Part shown: piece by piece, positions 44,273-55,422 of the stretch
Layout of the letters: each line of letters starts with the position of its first letter
Numbering within the stretch: position 1 is the stretch's first letter
Notes under the pieces: generated by a model
The model's input: only the letters and a program-made list of their open reading frames with translations
Databases searched by the model: none
Told to the model about the DNA's origin: nothing
Source: Akkermansia muciniphila
GTDB taxonomy: Bacteria > Verrucomicrobiota > Verrucomicrobiia > Methylacidiphilales > Verrucolacustridaceae
Assembly (NCBI GenBank): GCA_945878585.1
Contig: CAMDXQ010000001.1
Location: 11,597 to 75,596 of the forward strand
Direction of reading: 5' to 3'
DNA length: 64,000 nt
Made by a program: the position numbers and the translations under genes

Positions 44273-45558
44273 TTAAGACCGTCCCGCTCGCCCGTCGAGG
44301 TCATGCCGAATTTTTCCATCCACAATTGTCAATACTGCCCGACCTTTCAACTCCCGCCCCTCAAAGGGAGTATTCTTCCCCAAACTTCGAAACTCCGACT
44401 TTTTCACAGTCCACGCACGCCCGGTATCGATCACCGTGACATCCGCCACCGCCCCAACGGCTAGGGACCCCCTTCCCAATCCGAAATAAGTCGAAGGGAA
44501 CGCACTCATTCTCTCCACCACCTCCCGCAACGGCATCAATCCGCTGTGCACCAACTCGGTCAGGTATATCCCGAGAGCCGTTTCGAGGCCCACCACACCA
44601 AAAGGAGCCTCATCAAACTCCACCTCCTTCTCGTAACTGCAGTGGGGAGCGTGATCCGTCGCTAGGAATCGAATCGTTCCATCCACCACTCCCCGCCTGA
44701 GTTCCTCCACATCCGCCTTCGTCCGCAACGGGGGATTCATTTTGAATGAAGTATCATACCCCTCCACCCGATCGTCCGTCAGGGTCAAATGGTGCGGCGA
44801 CGCCTCTCCTTCAATCGGCACTCCCCTCTTCTTCGCTTCCCGTAAAATCCGGATCGATCCTGCCGTGCTCATGTGTTGACAAACCACCCTTGCACCCGTC
44901 AACTCCGCCAAGAGAACGTTCCGGGAAACAATCACCTCTTCTGCGATCCCAGGCCACGCCGGCAAACCCAGAATCCTGGACCACTTACCCTCATTCATCA
45001 CCCCGCCGGCCGAAAGCGACTTGTCCTCGCAATGATCCAACACAGGAAGATCGAACATCCGCGCATACTCCAAAGCTCTTCTCATCAGCTCCGCACTCTG
45101 GATGCAGTGCCCGTCATCTGTAATCGCCACAACCCCCGCCTGTCTCAAAGATCCAATCGGCGCCAACTGCTCCCCCTTCTGCCCAATCGAGATAGTTCCC
45201 GTCGGGAAAACATTCGCCACCCCAGTCTCCCTCGCCCTCTGCTTCATCCAGGCAATTGTGTTGGGTCCGTCTGCCACCGGCGACGTGTTCGGCATCGCAA
45301 TCACTGAGGTGAATCCCCCCGCCACCGCCGCCGCTGTCCCGGTGGCGATTGTTTCCTTGGCGGATTGACCCGGCTCCCGCAAATGCACATGGGGATCGAT
45401 CAATCCCGGAGTGACAACCAGACCGTCTACCTGAATGACTACAGCATCCTTGGAGGGCTTTCCTGCAGCAATCTTTCCATCTCGGATCAACACATCCCCT
45501 TTCGCCTCTCTCTGGCTTACAGGATCCACCACCAACCCTCCCTGAAGAAGAATCTCGT

Positions 45559-45562
<4 letters not shown>
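44273..45562 (-). CDS. pyrC: Dihydroorotase (type I)
   Basis: DPHVHLREPG, MPNTSP, KMNPPLR, ATDHAPH. Confidence 0.97.
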
Positions 45563-47073
<1,511 letters not shown>

Positions 47074-47095
47074 CGCGTCTTGCGTCATTTAAAAA

Positions 47096-47338
47096 TTAAC
47101 AAATCTCTTTTTCCTTTGCGATATCTTTTTCGCGGCTTGCCCGCCACGCGGCACGATGTTTGACGATCCAATCGAGCAGACCCTTCTCAAAACCCACGTC
47201 GTGCCCAGCCTGTTCGCTCAAATGCCACTTGTGCTTCAAAATCTCTTCCCGCTCCAACAAAAACTCCCGATAGAGAGCCGAATTTTGAAATACCGATTTC
47301 GGGTCCAAGGAAAACTTATGGGCGCCCTTACCATCCAT
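47096..47338 (-). CDS. Small DUF4032-like protein
   Basis: EREEILKHKWHLSEQAGHDVGFEKGLLDW motif. Confidence 0.8.
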   Translation of the reverse strand: MDGKGAHKFSLDPKSVFQNSALYREFLLEREEILKHKWHLSEQAGHDVGFEKGLLDWIVKHRAAWRASREKDIAKEKEIC

Positions 47339-47406
47339 ACCATTAATTTGGTCCTAAAAGGATATTCCGCAAGTGTGAATCTTAGAAGTTAAGAAATATA
47401 AACTTC

Positions 47407-48471
47407 TTATATGGATATATTTGGAAATAAAACTTTTACCATCGTTTTAGCTAAATCCATGAAAACTTGGCCGGACGGAGTCGTCGAATCGGCCAGGACA
47501 ACCGGCTTCCCTTCATCCCCACTCTTTCTCGCCTCTGGATCGAGAGGAATCTCCCCTAATAATGGAACCTTCTGTCTCTCCGCTTCCTTCCTCCCTCCTC
47601 CACTCCCAAAGATCTCGTGCCTCTGTGTCGTTCCTGGGACGGTAAAGTAACTCATATTCTCCACTACTCCTAAAATAGTCACATTTACCTTTCGGAACAT
47701 TGCGATCGCTTTTCTTGCATCCACCAACGCCACCTCCTGTGGAGTCGTCACAATCACCGCCCCATCCAACGCCACCGTTTGCACAATCGTAAGCTGAATA
47801 TCCCCAGTCCCTGGAGGCAGATCGAGAACCAACACATCCAAATCCCCCCAAACCACCTGACGAAGAAACTGCTGCGTAAACCTCGTCACCATCGGACCCC
47901 GTAAAGCCGCAGGACTATCATCCCCCAGCAACATTCCCATGCTCATCAACTTCACTCCATGACACTTGGCCGGAACAATCCGCTCTGTCCCCTCCTCTAC
48001 CCTTACCCCCTCCCGACACCCCAACATCAACGCCTGACTCGGCCCATAAAGATCGCAATCACAAAGCCCAACCTTGAGCCCACTTTTGGCAAGACTCACC
48101 GCCAAGTTCGCCGCCACCGTGGATTTCCCAACTCCCCCTTTCCCACTCGCCACCGCAATAATCTTCCTCACCCCCTCAATTCCCTGGGGACCCGTGGAAG
48201 CAGTCGCCTGAGGGGGCGCTACCTCCGTCTCGATGACCACGCTCTTTACAGCCGCATACCCCTTCACACTGTCCCGAATCTCTTTCCCAATTTTCTCAGG
48301 AACAGCTGGATCAGGAGTCGTCAGCTTTAACTTCAACTTGAGTTCCGTTCCCGTGAGTTCCATATCCTGCACCAGCCCGAACGAAACAATATCCCGACTA
48401 AATCCCGGATACTTCACCCCACGCAATCTCTGCACCACCTCCTCCTGCCACGCATTTTTCTCGGTACTCAT
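47407..48471 (-). CDS. mrp: Mrp/ApbC (NBP35) Fe-S cluster carrier ATPase
   Basis: SGKGGVGKST, DLPPGTGD, VTTPQ, GVVENMS; start at ATG 48471. Confidence 0.95.
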   Translation of the reverse strand: MSTEKNAWQEEVVQRLRGVKYPGFSRDIVSFGLVQDMELTGTELKLKLKLTTPDPAVPEKIGKEIRDSVKGYAAVKSVVIETEVAPPQATASTGPQGIEGVRKIIAVASGKGGVGKSTVAANLAVSLAKSGLKVGLCDCDLYGPSQALMLGCREGVRVEEGTERIVPAKCHGVKLMSMGMLLGDDSPAALRGPMVTRFTQQFLRQVVWGDLDVLVLDLPPGTGDIQLTIVQTVALDGAVIVTTPQEVALVDARKAIAMFRKVNVTILGVVENMSYFTVPGTTQRHEIFGSGGGRKEAERQKVPLLGEIPLDPEARKSGDEGKPVVLADSTTPSGQVFMDLAKTMVKVLFPNISI

Positions 48472-48566
48472 TTTTAAATCATGACACAAACACCCCCGCA
48501 CTCCAATGGAGACAACACAGAAAGAAAAACCAAGGCTAACAGGAGGCGTTTCGCGGTGTGTTCGAA

Positions 48567-49721
48567 TCAAGCCTCGAGGGCTTGCTGTAATCTCTTCACA
48601 CCTTCCACAACTCGGTCGGCAGCATCCGCCATCAACTTGGATTCGGTGCCTATGCCGATCGTAAAAAGGATCAATGCCCGAGCCTCCTCAGGCTTCGCCC
48701 CAATTGCCCTCATCGCAGGCGGGATCTTCATCTCTCGGGTCACACATCCGCTCCCTCCTCTCACAGCCAAACCCACCCGATCCAAAACCAGTGCCAAGCT
48801 CTCCGCCTCTAGTCCCGCAAAACTGAACGCCAAATGATTGGGACTTCTCCTTAGGCCGAGCTCCGGACCATGAAGCTTTGTGTTAGGCACTTTTTTAAGA
48901 ATCCCTTCCGCCAACTCTTTCTGTGATCGAGCCGCATCTTTTCTAAAATCATCTCCTTTCTTTTTCCACTCTTCCGCTGCCACTCCGAATCCCACAATCG
49001 CGGGCAGATTCTCCGTCCCCGCCCGTCGATCCATCTCCTGTCTTCCTCCCTCCAACAAAGGTGCCCATGGCGTTCCCGACCGGATCCATAACGCCCCCGA
49101 TCCTTTTGGCCCCCCCAATCGATGCCCAGACAAGGCCACCAGATCCGCCCCACTCTTTTCCACCTCAAAAGAAACCCAGCCCGCACCATGAGTCGCATCC
49201 ACAAAAAGTTTCGCTCCAGCTTTTTCAGCAAACTTCCTTGCGTCGGCAATATTTTGCACCGTGCCTAGATCGTGATGAGCCAGATGAACATAAACCAATC
49301 CCTTTTCTTTCTCAATCCTCAACTCTCCCCACTGCAATCTTCCCTCTCCATCCACCGGTACTCTCACCCAAGTGAATCCCTTCTTTCCTAATGCCCGTAC
49401 CGCACTCTCCACAGCAGGATGCTCCATCTCACTGAGATAAATCGTCCCGTTTTGAACCGCCTCTCCCCATCCCCGAATCGCCGATTGAATCGCTTCCGTC
49501 CCCCCCGACATAAAAACCAAACCTTCCGTATCCTTGGCTCCCAGAAAACTGGCCACCCGTTCTCGCGCCCTCTCCAACTCTTCCCTCGCCTCCCTCCCCT
49601 CCCGATGTCCGCCTCCAGGAGAAGCATGGACCCCAACCAAATATCTCAGCATCTCCCTCTGAACCGAAGGAAACAGAACTCCTCCGGCAGCATGATCCAG
49701 ATAGATGCGCTCAGAACTCAT
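48567..49721 (-). CDS. NifS/IscS-like class V aminotransferase (cysteine desulfurase homolog; PLP Lys replaced by Arg)
   Basis: IYLDHAA, SGGTEA, EHPAV, SGHRLGGPKG, RAGTEN, GSGC. Confidence 0.85.
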   Translation of the reverse strand: MSSERIYLDHAAGGVLFPSVQREMLRYLVGVHASPGGGHREGREAREELERARERVASFLGAKDTEGLVFMSGGTEAIQSAIRGWGEAVQNGTIYLSEMEHPAVESAVRALGKKGFTWVRVPVDGEGRLQWGELRIEKEKGLVYVHLAHHDLGTVQNIADARKFAEKAGAKLFVDATHGAGWVSFEVEKSGADLVALSGHRLGGPKGSGALWIRSGTPWAPLLEGGRQEMDRRAGTENLPAIVGFGVAAEEWKKKGDDFRKDAARSQKELAEGILKKVPNTKLHGPELGLRRSPNHLAFSFAGLEAESLALVLDRVGLAVRGGSGCVTREMKIPPAMRAIGAKPEEARALILFTIGIGTESKLMADAADRVVEGVKRLQQALEA

Positions 49722-51463
49722 TAGCCCGCCCGACCAAACTTCCGCTCCAACTCCGCCTTACTCAATAAAATCATCGTCGGTCTCCCGTGCGGACATGTGT
49801 ACGGAAGCTCACATGCCAACAGATCCGCCAGCAGTCGAACCCCCTCCTGCTCGGTCAGCCGATCATTCGCCTTGATCGCATGCCGACAAACCGTCTTCGC
49901 AATCACCTCCTCACTCAACTTCCTGTCCTTTCTTGTTCCCGCACCCCCCACTTCCAAGTCAGCCACCACCCCTCGAACAAATTCCTCTACCGCCAAGGTC
50001 TTGATCCGTGGAGGCAATGCATCGATCAGAAACGAGTTCCCCCCCATCGAAGAAATTCCCAACCCTACTCTCCCCAACTCATCGACCTGATTTTTTAGAA
50101 ACTGAGCCTGCACGGGCGGAAACTCCACCGTCACTGGATACAGGAGTCGCTGACCCGAAACCTCCTCCTGCGCCACCTGCTTGAGAAGCTGCTCGAATAA
50201 AATCCGCTCATGCGCCGCATGCTGATCAATCAAGACAGCTCCACCCTCTTTCTCCGCCACAATGTACAGATGATCGATCACCCCCAGATACCTCCAGCCC
50301 GTGGGAATCCCCGGAGCCGACTCAACCTTCAATCCAAGAGACCTCTCCACAGGCGGAGGAGTGGTAAGACTCGCCGACAACAAAGGCGAGGGTTGATTCG
50401 ATGTCGAATGGGTCGTCGACAGACCTGCTAATCCGTGATTCGTTACTGAAGCCATCGGGAGAGGACCCACTGCTCCACCCCGAAGGACCTCCGCCACCGC
50501 CCCGCTGACAAAACGACGAATGTCCCCATCTTGGCGAAACCGAACCTCCCTTTTTGCTGGATGAACATTCACATCCACTCCAGCGGGATCCACCTCCAGA
50601 AAAAGAACTGCCACAGGAAACCGACCCCTCATCAAGGCATTGTGATACCCCTCCAAAAGAGCTGCATTCAAACTCATGCTCTGCACCGGTCGACCATTCA
50701 CAAAAAGGATCTGCTCCGCCCTTGTCGCCCGACTCACCCCAGGCCGTCCGATATATCCCCTTAACCTCATTCCCCCATCTTCCACATCCAAGGGCAGGAC
50801 CGACCCCTTCCACTCCTTTCCAAAAACCGCAGTCAACCTCTCCTCCAACCCTTTCCGTGCCGTATCTTGCCAAAAAACTGCCCCATCCCGCCTCAGGACC
50901 CAACTCACGTCAGGTCGTGCCAATGCAGTCAGGCGAATCCCCTGCTCAATATGTCCCCACTCCGTCTCCTCCGTCCTTAGAAACTTCCTTCGTCCAGGAA
51001 CATGGGAAAATAGCTGCCTTACCTCAATGCTCGTTCCTGCAGGACATCCGGTCTGACCAGCTCGGATCACTTTTCCCCCGTCAATCACCACCTCCGTTCC
51101 CTCCGCTGCCTCAGCTTCCCTCGTCTTCAACGTAAAACGACTGACCGATGCAATGCTCGGCAACGCCTCCCCCCGAAATCCAAAGGTACGAATTCCCAGC
51201 AGATCTGAAGCTTCCCGAATCTTGCTCGTGGCATGTCGCTCCAAAGCCAGCAGAGCATCCTCAGGCCCCATTCCATGTCCATCATCCGTCACCCGGATCA
51301 GCGAACGCCCTCCTCGTTCAATACTGATTTCCACCTTCTTCGCGCCCGCATCCAGAGAGTTCTCCACCAACTCTTTCACCACCGATGCTGGACGCTCCAC
51401 CACTTCCCCTGCAGCAATTCGGTTGGCCACTACTTCCGCCAAAAGGCGGATCCTCTGACTCAT
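49721..51463 (-). CDS. mutL: DNA mismatch repair protein MutL
   Basis: IAAGEVVERPASVVKELVENS, GFRGEAL, DQHAAHER, CPHGRP. Confidence 0.98.
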   Translation of the reverse strand: MSQRIRLLAEVVANRIAAGEVVERPASVVKELVENSLDAGAKKVEISIERGGRSLIRVTDDGHGMGPEDALLALERHATSKIREASDLLGIRTFGFRGEALPSIASVSRFTLKTREAEAAEGTEVVIDGGKVIRAGQTGCPAGTSIEVRQLFSHVPGRRKFLRTEETEWGHIEQGIRLTALARPDVSWVLRRDGAVFWQDTARKGLEERLTAVFGKEWKGSVLPLDVEDGGMRLRGYIGRPGVSRATRAEQILFVNGRPVQSMSLNAALLEGYHNALMRGRFPVAVLFLEVDPAGVDVNVHPAKREVRFRQDGDIRRFVSGAVAEVLRGGAVGPLPMASVTNHGLAGLSTTHSTSNQPSPLLSASLTTPPPVERSLGLKVESAPGIPTGWRYLGVIDHLYIVAEKEGGAVLIDQHAAHERILFEQLLKQVAQEEVSGQRLLYPVTVEFPPVQAQFLKNQVDELGRVGLGISSMGGNSFLIDALPPRIKTLAVEEFVRGVVADLEVGGAGTRKDRKLSEEVIAKTVCRHAIKANDRLTEQEGVRLLADLLACELPYTCPHGRPTMILLSKAELERKFGRAG

Positions 51464-51476
51464 CGTTTTCCCCCTT

Positions 51477-52382
51477 CTAGATCGCGGGCCGAACCCCCAA
51501 ATGGGAGGTCAACCGTTCCAACTCCTCCGGAGAAGTATAAGGCAGTTCGATATGACCCCGCTCCGCTCGACCCACAATTCTCGCCCGCGTTCCCGTGGCC
51601 CGCTGCAACTTCAACTCCAAATCCCGCCAATCCGCGAGTTGTGAGATTTTTCCCTTCTTCCGACCCCTCGTTCCACTCGTCTGGCGCCTCACCAAAGCCT
51701 CTGCCTGTCGAACACTCAACCCCCGCTTCACAACTTCGCGACTGATCGCACTCTGCGCCGCAGGTTCACTCAATCCCAGAATCGCTTTGGCGTGCCCAAC
51801 TGAAATCTGTTTGGACCGCAAAAGGTCTCGCACCTCGCTCGGAAGAGAACGCAGACGAAGTGCGTTCGCGACCGTAGCGCGATTCTTTCCCACCCGCTCC
51901 GCAACCTCCTCCTGCTTCAGTCCGAAGGTCTCAATCAACGTCGCATATCCATCCGCTTCTTCGACAGGATCCAGTTCTGCCCGCTGAAGGTTTTCGATCA
52001 GGGCCAGCTCGAGAACCTGTTGATCAGTCGCCACCCGCACGATCGCTGGGACTTTTGGCAAATTCAGCTTCCGGGCCGCTCTCCACCGTCGTTCCCCGGC
52101 AATCAGCTCATAACCTGATCCTTTTTGTGAGCGACGGACTATCAAAGGCTGAAAAATTCCCCGCGACCGGATCGAGTCGACCAGCTCGGTCAAATTCTCC
52201 TCCGCAAATACCCGTCGCGGTTGGAGAGGACTTGGATTCACCTCTCCGATCGAAAGCTGAAGAATCCTCTCCCCTTCCTCTACCCGAACCTCAGGAGAGC
52301 TAATCGGGAGACTACTCGGCGGGGTGACTTTCGTGCTTCCTAAAAGAGCACCCAAACCTCTTCCTAACGGGGATTTTGCCAT
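51477..52382 (-). CDS. parB: Chromosome partitioning protein ParB/Spo0J
   Basis: LGRGLGALL, IAGERRWRA, ALIENLQR, HTH; start at ATG 52382. Confidence 0.95.
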   Translation of the reverse strand: MAKSPLGRGLGALLGSTKVTPPSSLPISSPEVRVEEGERILQLSIGEVNPSPLQPRRVFAEENLTELVDSIRSRGIFQPLIVRRSQKGSGYELIAGERRWRAARKLNLPKVPAIVRVATDQQVLELALIENLQRAELDPVEEADGYATLIETFGLKQEEVAERVGKNRATVANALRLRSLPSEVRDLLRSKQISVGHAKAILGLSEPAAQSAISREVVKRGLSVRQAEALVRRQTSGTRGRKKGKISQLADWRDLELKLQRATGTRARIVGRAERGHIELPYTSPEELERLTSHLGVRPAI

Positions 52383-52467
52383 TCTCGCCACGGTAAAGTT
52401 TGCCATGCCCTCGTCAACCCAACCCCTGCGTCCCAACGAATAACGTGGGAACGAAAATCGCAGAGAC

Positions 52468-53349
52468 TTACCTCTTCGCGAGCCGGATCTTGCGGAGAGC
52501 TAAAAACCCGAGAAAAAAAAGCCCGCCAACGAAGTAGTGCGAAGAAGACGGTTCCGGCACTCCCACCGCCCCAATTTGATTCACGACATTGGAGTAAGAC
52601 GAGATTCGAATAAAATAACTATCATCCGATTCGTTCGAGTTAAACTGGGTGCTGGCCAAAGAGTAGCCACTGTTTTGCACATACGCCCCGATTCCAACCA
52701 GATACCATTCGCTTCCGATCTGCCGAAAAAGAGCGCTTCCGGAATCATAGATCGTCAACGCCGCTTCACTTCCACCCGCATTGCTGTTGAATTGGGTCCG
52801 CAACAGATCGGAGGTGTACCCACCCACTTGAACTCCGGCAATCGCTCCATCCACAAAATTGGTTCCCCACCTTTTGATCGCAGTCGAGCTATCGCCCCAC
52901 GTCACAGGACTCGAACCCAGAAGCGAACTGCTGGACCGACCCACCCCATACCCAACCAGATAAGAATTCCCTCCATCTCCCAAAGGATTGGTATTTAACC
53001 GAACCCCACTCAGTCCGGGATCCGAGGCCAACCGCACCAGCTTCATATCCGCCGTTCCAATGGCAACAGCGGGGGAAGAATCCAAAAGATAATCAACAAA
53101 TCCGACCTTCACGCTTGTTAAAGGACCCACATGACCCGCCGTCAGCACATAGCGATTCCCTAAATATACTCCGGTGCCGATCGGACCTGACTCATTCCGC
53201 ATCTGAACCACATTGTCCCAGGGCAAACCCACACCGGGGTTATCTAAATTGGCAGCATTTCCCTGACTAAAAAAAACGATCGCTTGAACTGGCTTGAGGG
53301 TAGACAACAAACCTATAACGACCCCCGCAAACAGCCGAATGACCCTCAT
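52468..53349 (-). CDS. Secreted trypsin-like serine protease with PEP-CTERM sorting signal
   Basis: Signal peptide; VLTAGHV (His), ADMKLVRL (Asp), YDSGSALF (Ser); VPEPSS + TM + basic tail. Confidence 0.8.
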   Translation of the reverse strand: MRVIRLFAGVVIGLLSTLKPVQAIVFFSQGNAANLDNPGVGLPWDNVVQMRNESGPIGTGVYLGNRYVLTAGHVGPLTSVKVGFVDYLLDSSPAVAIGTADMKLVRLASDPGLSGVRLNTNPLGDGGNSYLVGYGVGRSSSSLLGSSPVTWGDSSTAIKRWGTNFVDGAIAGVQVGGYTSDLLRTQFNSNAGGSEAALTIYDSGSALFRQIGSEWYLVGIGAYVQNSGYSLASTQFNSNESDDSYFIRISSYSNVVNQIGAVGVPEPSSSHYFVGGLFFLGFLALRKIRLAKR

Positions 53350-53410
53350 GAGACTACTCTATCCCTAGAATCCAATTTTTCAATGGTCGCCCAAGAGGGT
53401 CGCACTAGGC

Positions 53411-54826
53411 CTATTTCCCTCCCGCCTGATACCCAAAAAGTCTTCGTCGCTGGATGAGCTTGGCTACGGGAGTCGGCACATTTTGCTGCCAACCCGCTTT
53501 TCCACACCGGATGTTCCGTAAAATCTCAGAGCTCGAGCAAGCGGGAAGATCCTTTTCAGCACCACTCAAGTCCACAATCATTCCACGCCGAACTAGATAC
53601 TCATGAATTTCACGAATCGGCTCGGGAACCTTCAGGGTGTGGCCCGTGACAAACTTTCCATCCACTGGATCATACCCTGGATGCACCAGCAGCTTCACAC
53701 CGGGCAGAAAAAGTCTACCCATGGCTTCCAGAATCCCTCCCGAAAGATCATGATAGAAATGCTCATCCAGCATCTTGCTTAGAAGTGGCACACCGATCAC
53801 GAATCCAACCGACCCCTTGGTTCTTTGGGTCAGATACTGCGCCAGTCGGTGAAACCGAAAGATTCCGGTCACCAAGACCGTCTTCTTCAACGCTCCCAAG
53901 CAATCCACCCGATCCAGAAAATCCTCCATCCCCGCTTTCCGATGACGAACCAGATTTCGCATGGTGATCTCGTTTATCTCCACAATCTCTTTCCCCTTGT
54001 TCGCTGGATCATTACGAAAAATGGCCGAAGCTTTCTGCATCATCGCCAAATGAAACTGCGTGATCGGGCGGTAGTGACCGCGCAAAAGGAGAATCGATTT
54101 GCCATAAAAAGAGTCCTCCGCCTCTAGATTGGCTCCCGTCGCAGAAAAGAGAGCCACCGGGGTCAGATTCGAATGCACCATCCTTAAGCTCATCAGGCGG
54201 TTATCCACCCCTTCGAACATCGGCCCACGGAAATCCACCATATCGACCTCCACTCGACCCGGCCGGATCCCGTCCATCAACCGATTCAGAATTTCCGGTG
54301 GATTCCTCCAATGAGCAAAAGCTGCGTGAACCAGATTGACCCCTAGAATGCCAAGTACCTCCATCTGCTCCGCATTGGTGTCGTCCTTCAATCGAACGTG
54401 AATCACCATATCTCCAGGGGCGCAATTCGGCTGCGTCTGAAACCGGATCCCCATCCACCCCTTTCCGTCTCCTGTGAATTTATGACTCCTTGCCGCCACC
54501 GTATCGGCAAAGACAAAGAAACGGCTTCGATCCCCCCGCTCCTGGCCCAATCTCTCCAGTAACAACCGGTACTCGTGATCCAACATCTCCCCAAGCCGCT
54601 CCCGGGAAACAAAGCGATGAGCAGTTCCATAAATTGCGTTACTGAAGGTCATGTCGTACGCCGACATACTTTTCGCCACGGTTCCCGCCGCACCTCCCGC
54701 CTGAAAAAACCAGCGGGCCACCTCCTGCCCAGCACCGATCTCCGCAAATGTTCCGTAATGCTTTCCTGAGAAGTTTATCTCCTTCGCTTTCTCGTCGGTG
54801 GTTAAAAGGTGGATAATTTTTTTCAT
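53411..54826 (-). CDS. Nicotinate-nucleotide adenylyltransferase-like protein (CinA/PncC-like N-domain + NadD-like C-domain)
   Basis: YGTFAEIGAGQEVARWFF family motif; RGHYRPIT..H and SSSEIL...VPTPVAKLI NadD-like segments; ATGA overlap with mpg. Confidence 0.65.
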   Translation of the reverse strand: MKKIIHLLTTDEKAKEINFSGKHYGTFAEIGAGQEVARWFFQAGGAAGTVAKSMSAYDMTFSNAIYGTAHRFVSRERLGEMLDHEYRLLLERLGQERGDRSRFFVFADTVAARSHKFTGDGKGWMGIRFQTQPNCAPGDMVIHVRLKDDTNAEQMEVLGILGVNLVHAAFAHWRNPPEILNRLMDGIRPGRVEVDMVDFRGPMFEGVDNRLMSLRMVHSNLTPVALFSATGANLEAEDSFYGKSILLLRGHYRPITQFHLAMMQKASAIFRNDPANKGKEIVEINEITMRNLVRHRKAGMEDFLDRVDCLGALKKTVLVTGIFRFHRLAQYLTQRTKGSVGFVIGVPLLSKMLDEHFYHDLSGGILEAMGRLFLPGVKLLVHPGYDPVDGKFVTGHTLKVPEPIREIHEYLVRRGMIVDLSGAEKDLPACSSSEILRNIRCGKAGWQQNVPTPVAKLIQRRRLFGYQAGGK

Positions 54827-55422
54827 CGTGAAGTCCGACTGACCCACGGGTTTCCCCGAATCCAAAACCGCCAGGGGAAATTTGCCGCGGGTCCGGCGTA
54901 GCCCACCCCCACCCTCGTCCCCTTTTGAATTTTTATTCCCGGAATTCGCACCCCGTCATCTTCGATCCGAATCGGTCCGCAAACAAGATCACATCGATCC
55001 CACTTCATCGATATCCCCATAGCCTGAGTCAACGCTCCCGGTCCCGCCGTTAAACGGAACTCCGACGCAGAAACCCCTCTTCGCCGAGTCATCTTATCGA
55101 TTCCCTCCAACGGCTCCACCCCCCGAATTAGCACAGCAGCCGCTGTCCCTTCGGGGGCTGTGACAACGTTCATCATCCGGTGGATTCCGTAGCATAAATA
55201 GACGTAGGCCGTCCCAGGGGGACCAAACATCGACTCATTCCGGGCAGTCCTTCCCCTCCAAGCATGAGAGGCCCGATCCATCGAGCCCCCGTACGCCTCC
55301 GTTTCCACAATCCGTGCCGCACAACCATCGCGGGCAACCCGGATGATCTTCCCCAGCAGTCCCCGCGCAATTAGCACGGGATTTTTCTTTTCGTAAAAGG
55401 AACGCGGAAGGACTCGGTTCAC
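54823..55422 (-). CDS. mpg: DNA-3-methyladenine glycosylase (AAG/MPG family)
   Basis: IVETEAY, AYVYLCYGIH, AVLIRG, GPG.LTQA, PWRF. Confidence 0.95.
   Translation of the reverse strand: MNRVLPRSFYEKKNPVLIARGLLGKIIRVARDGCAARIVETEAYGGSMDRASHAWRGRTARNESMFGPPGTAYVYLCYGIHRMMNVVTAPEGTAAAVLIRGVEPLEGIDKMTRRRGVSASEFRLTAGPGALTQAMGISMKWDRCDLVCGPIRIEDDGVRIPGIKIQKGTRVGVGYAGPAANFPWRFWIRGNPWVSRTSR

Noticed and set aside
52428-52453. parS site upstream of parB
   Set aside because: Does not match the 16-bp TGTTTCACGTGAAACA palindrome; only an imperfect spaced dyad
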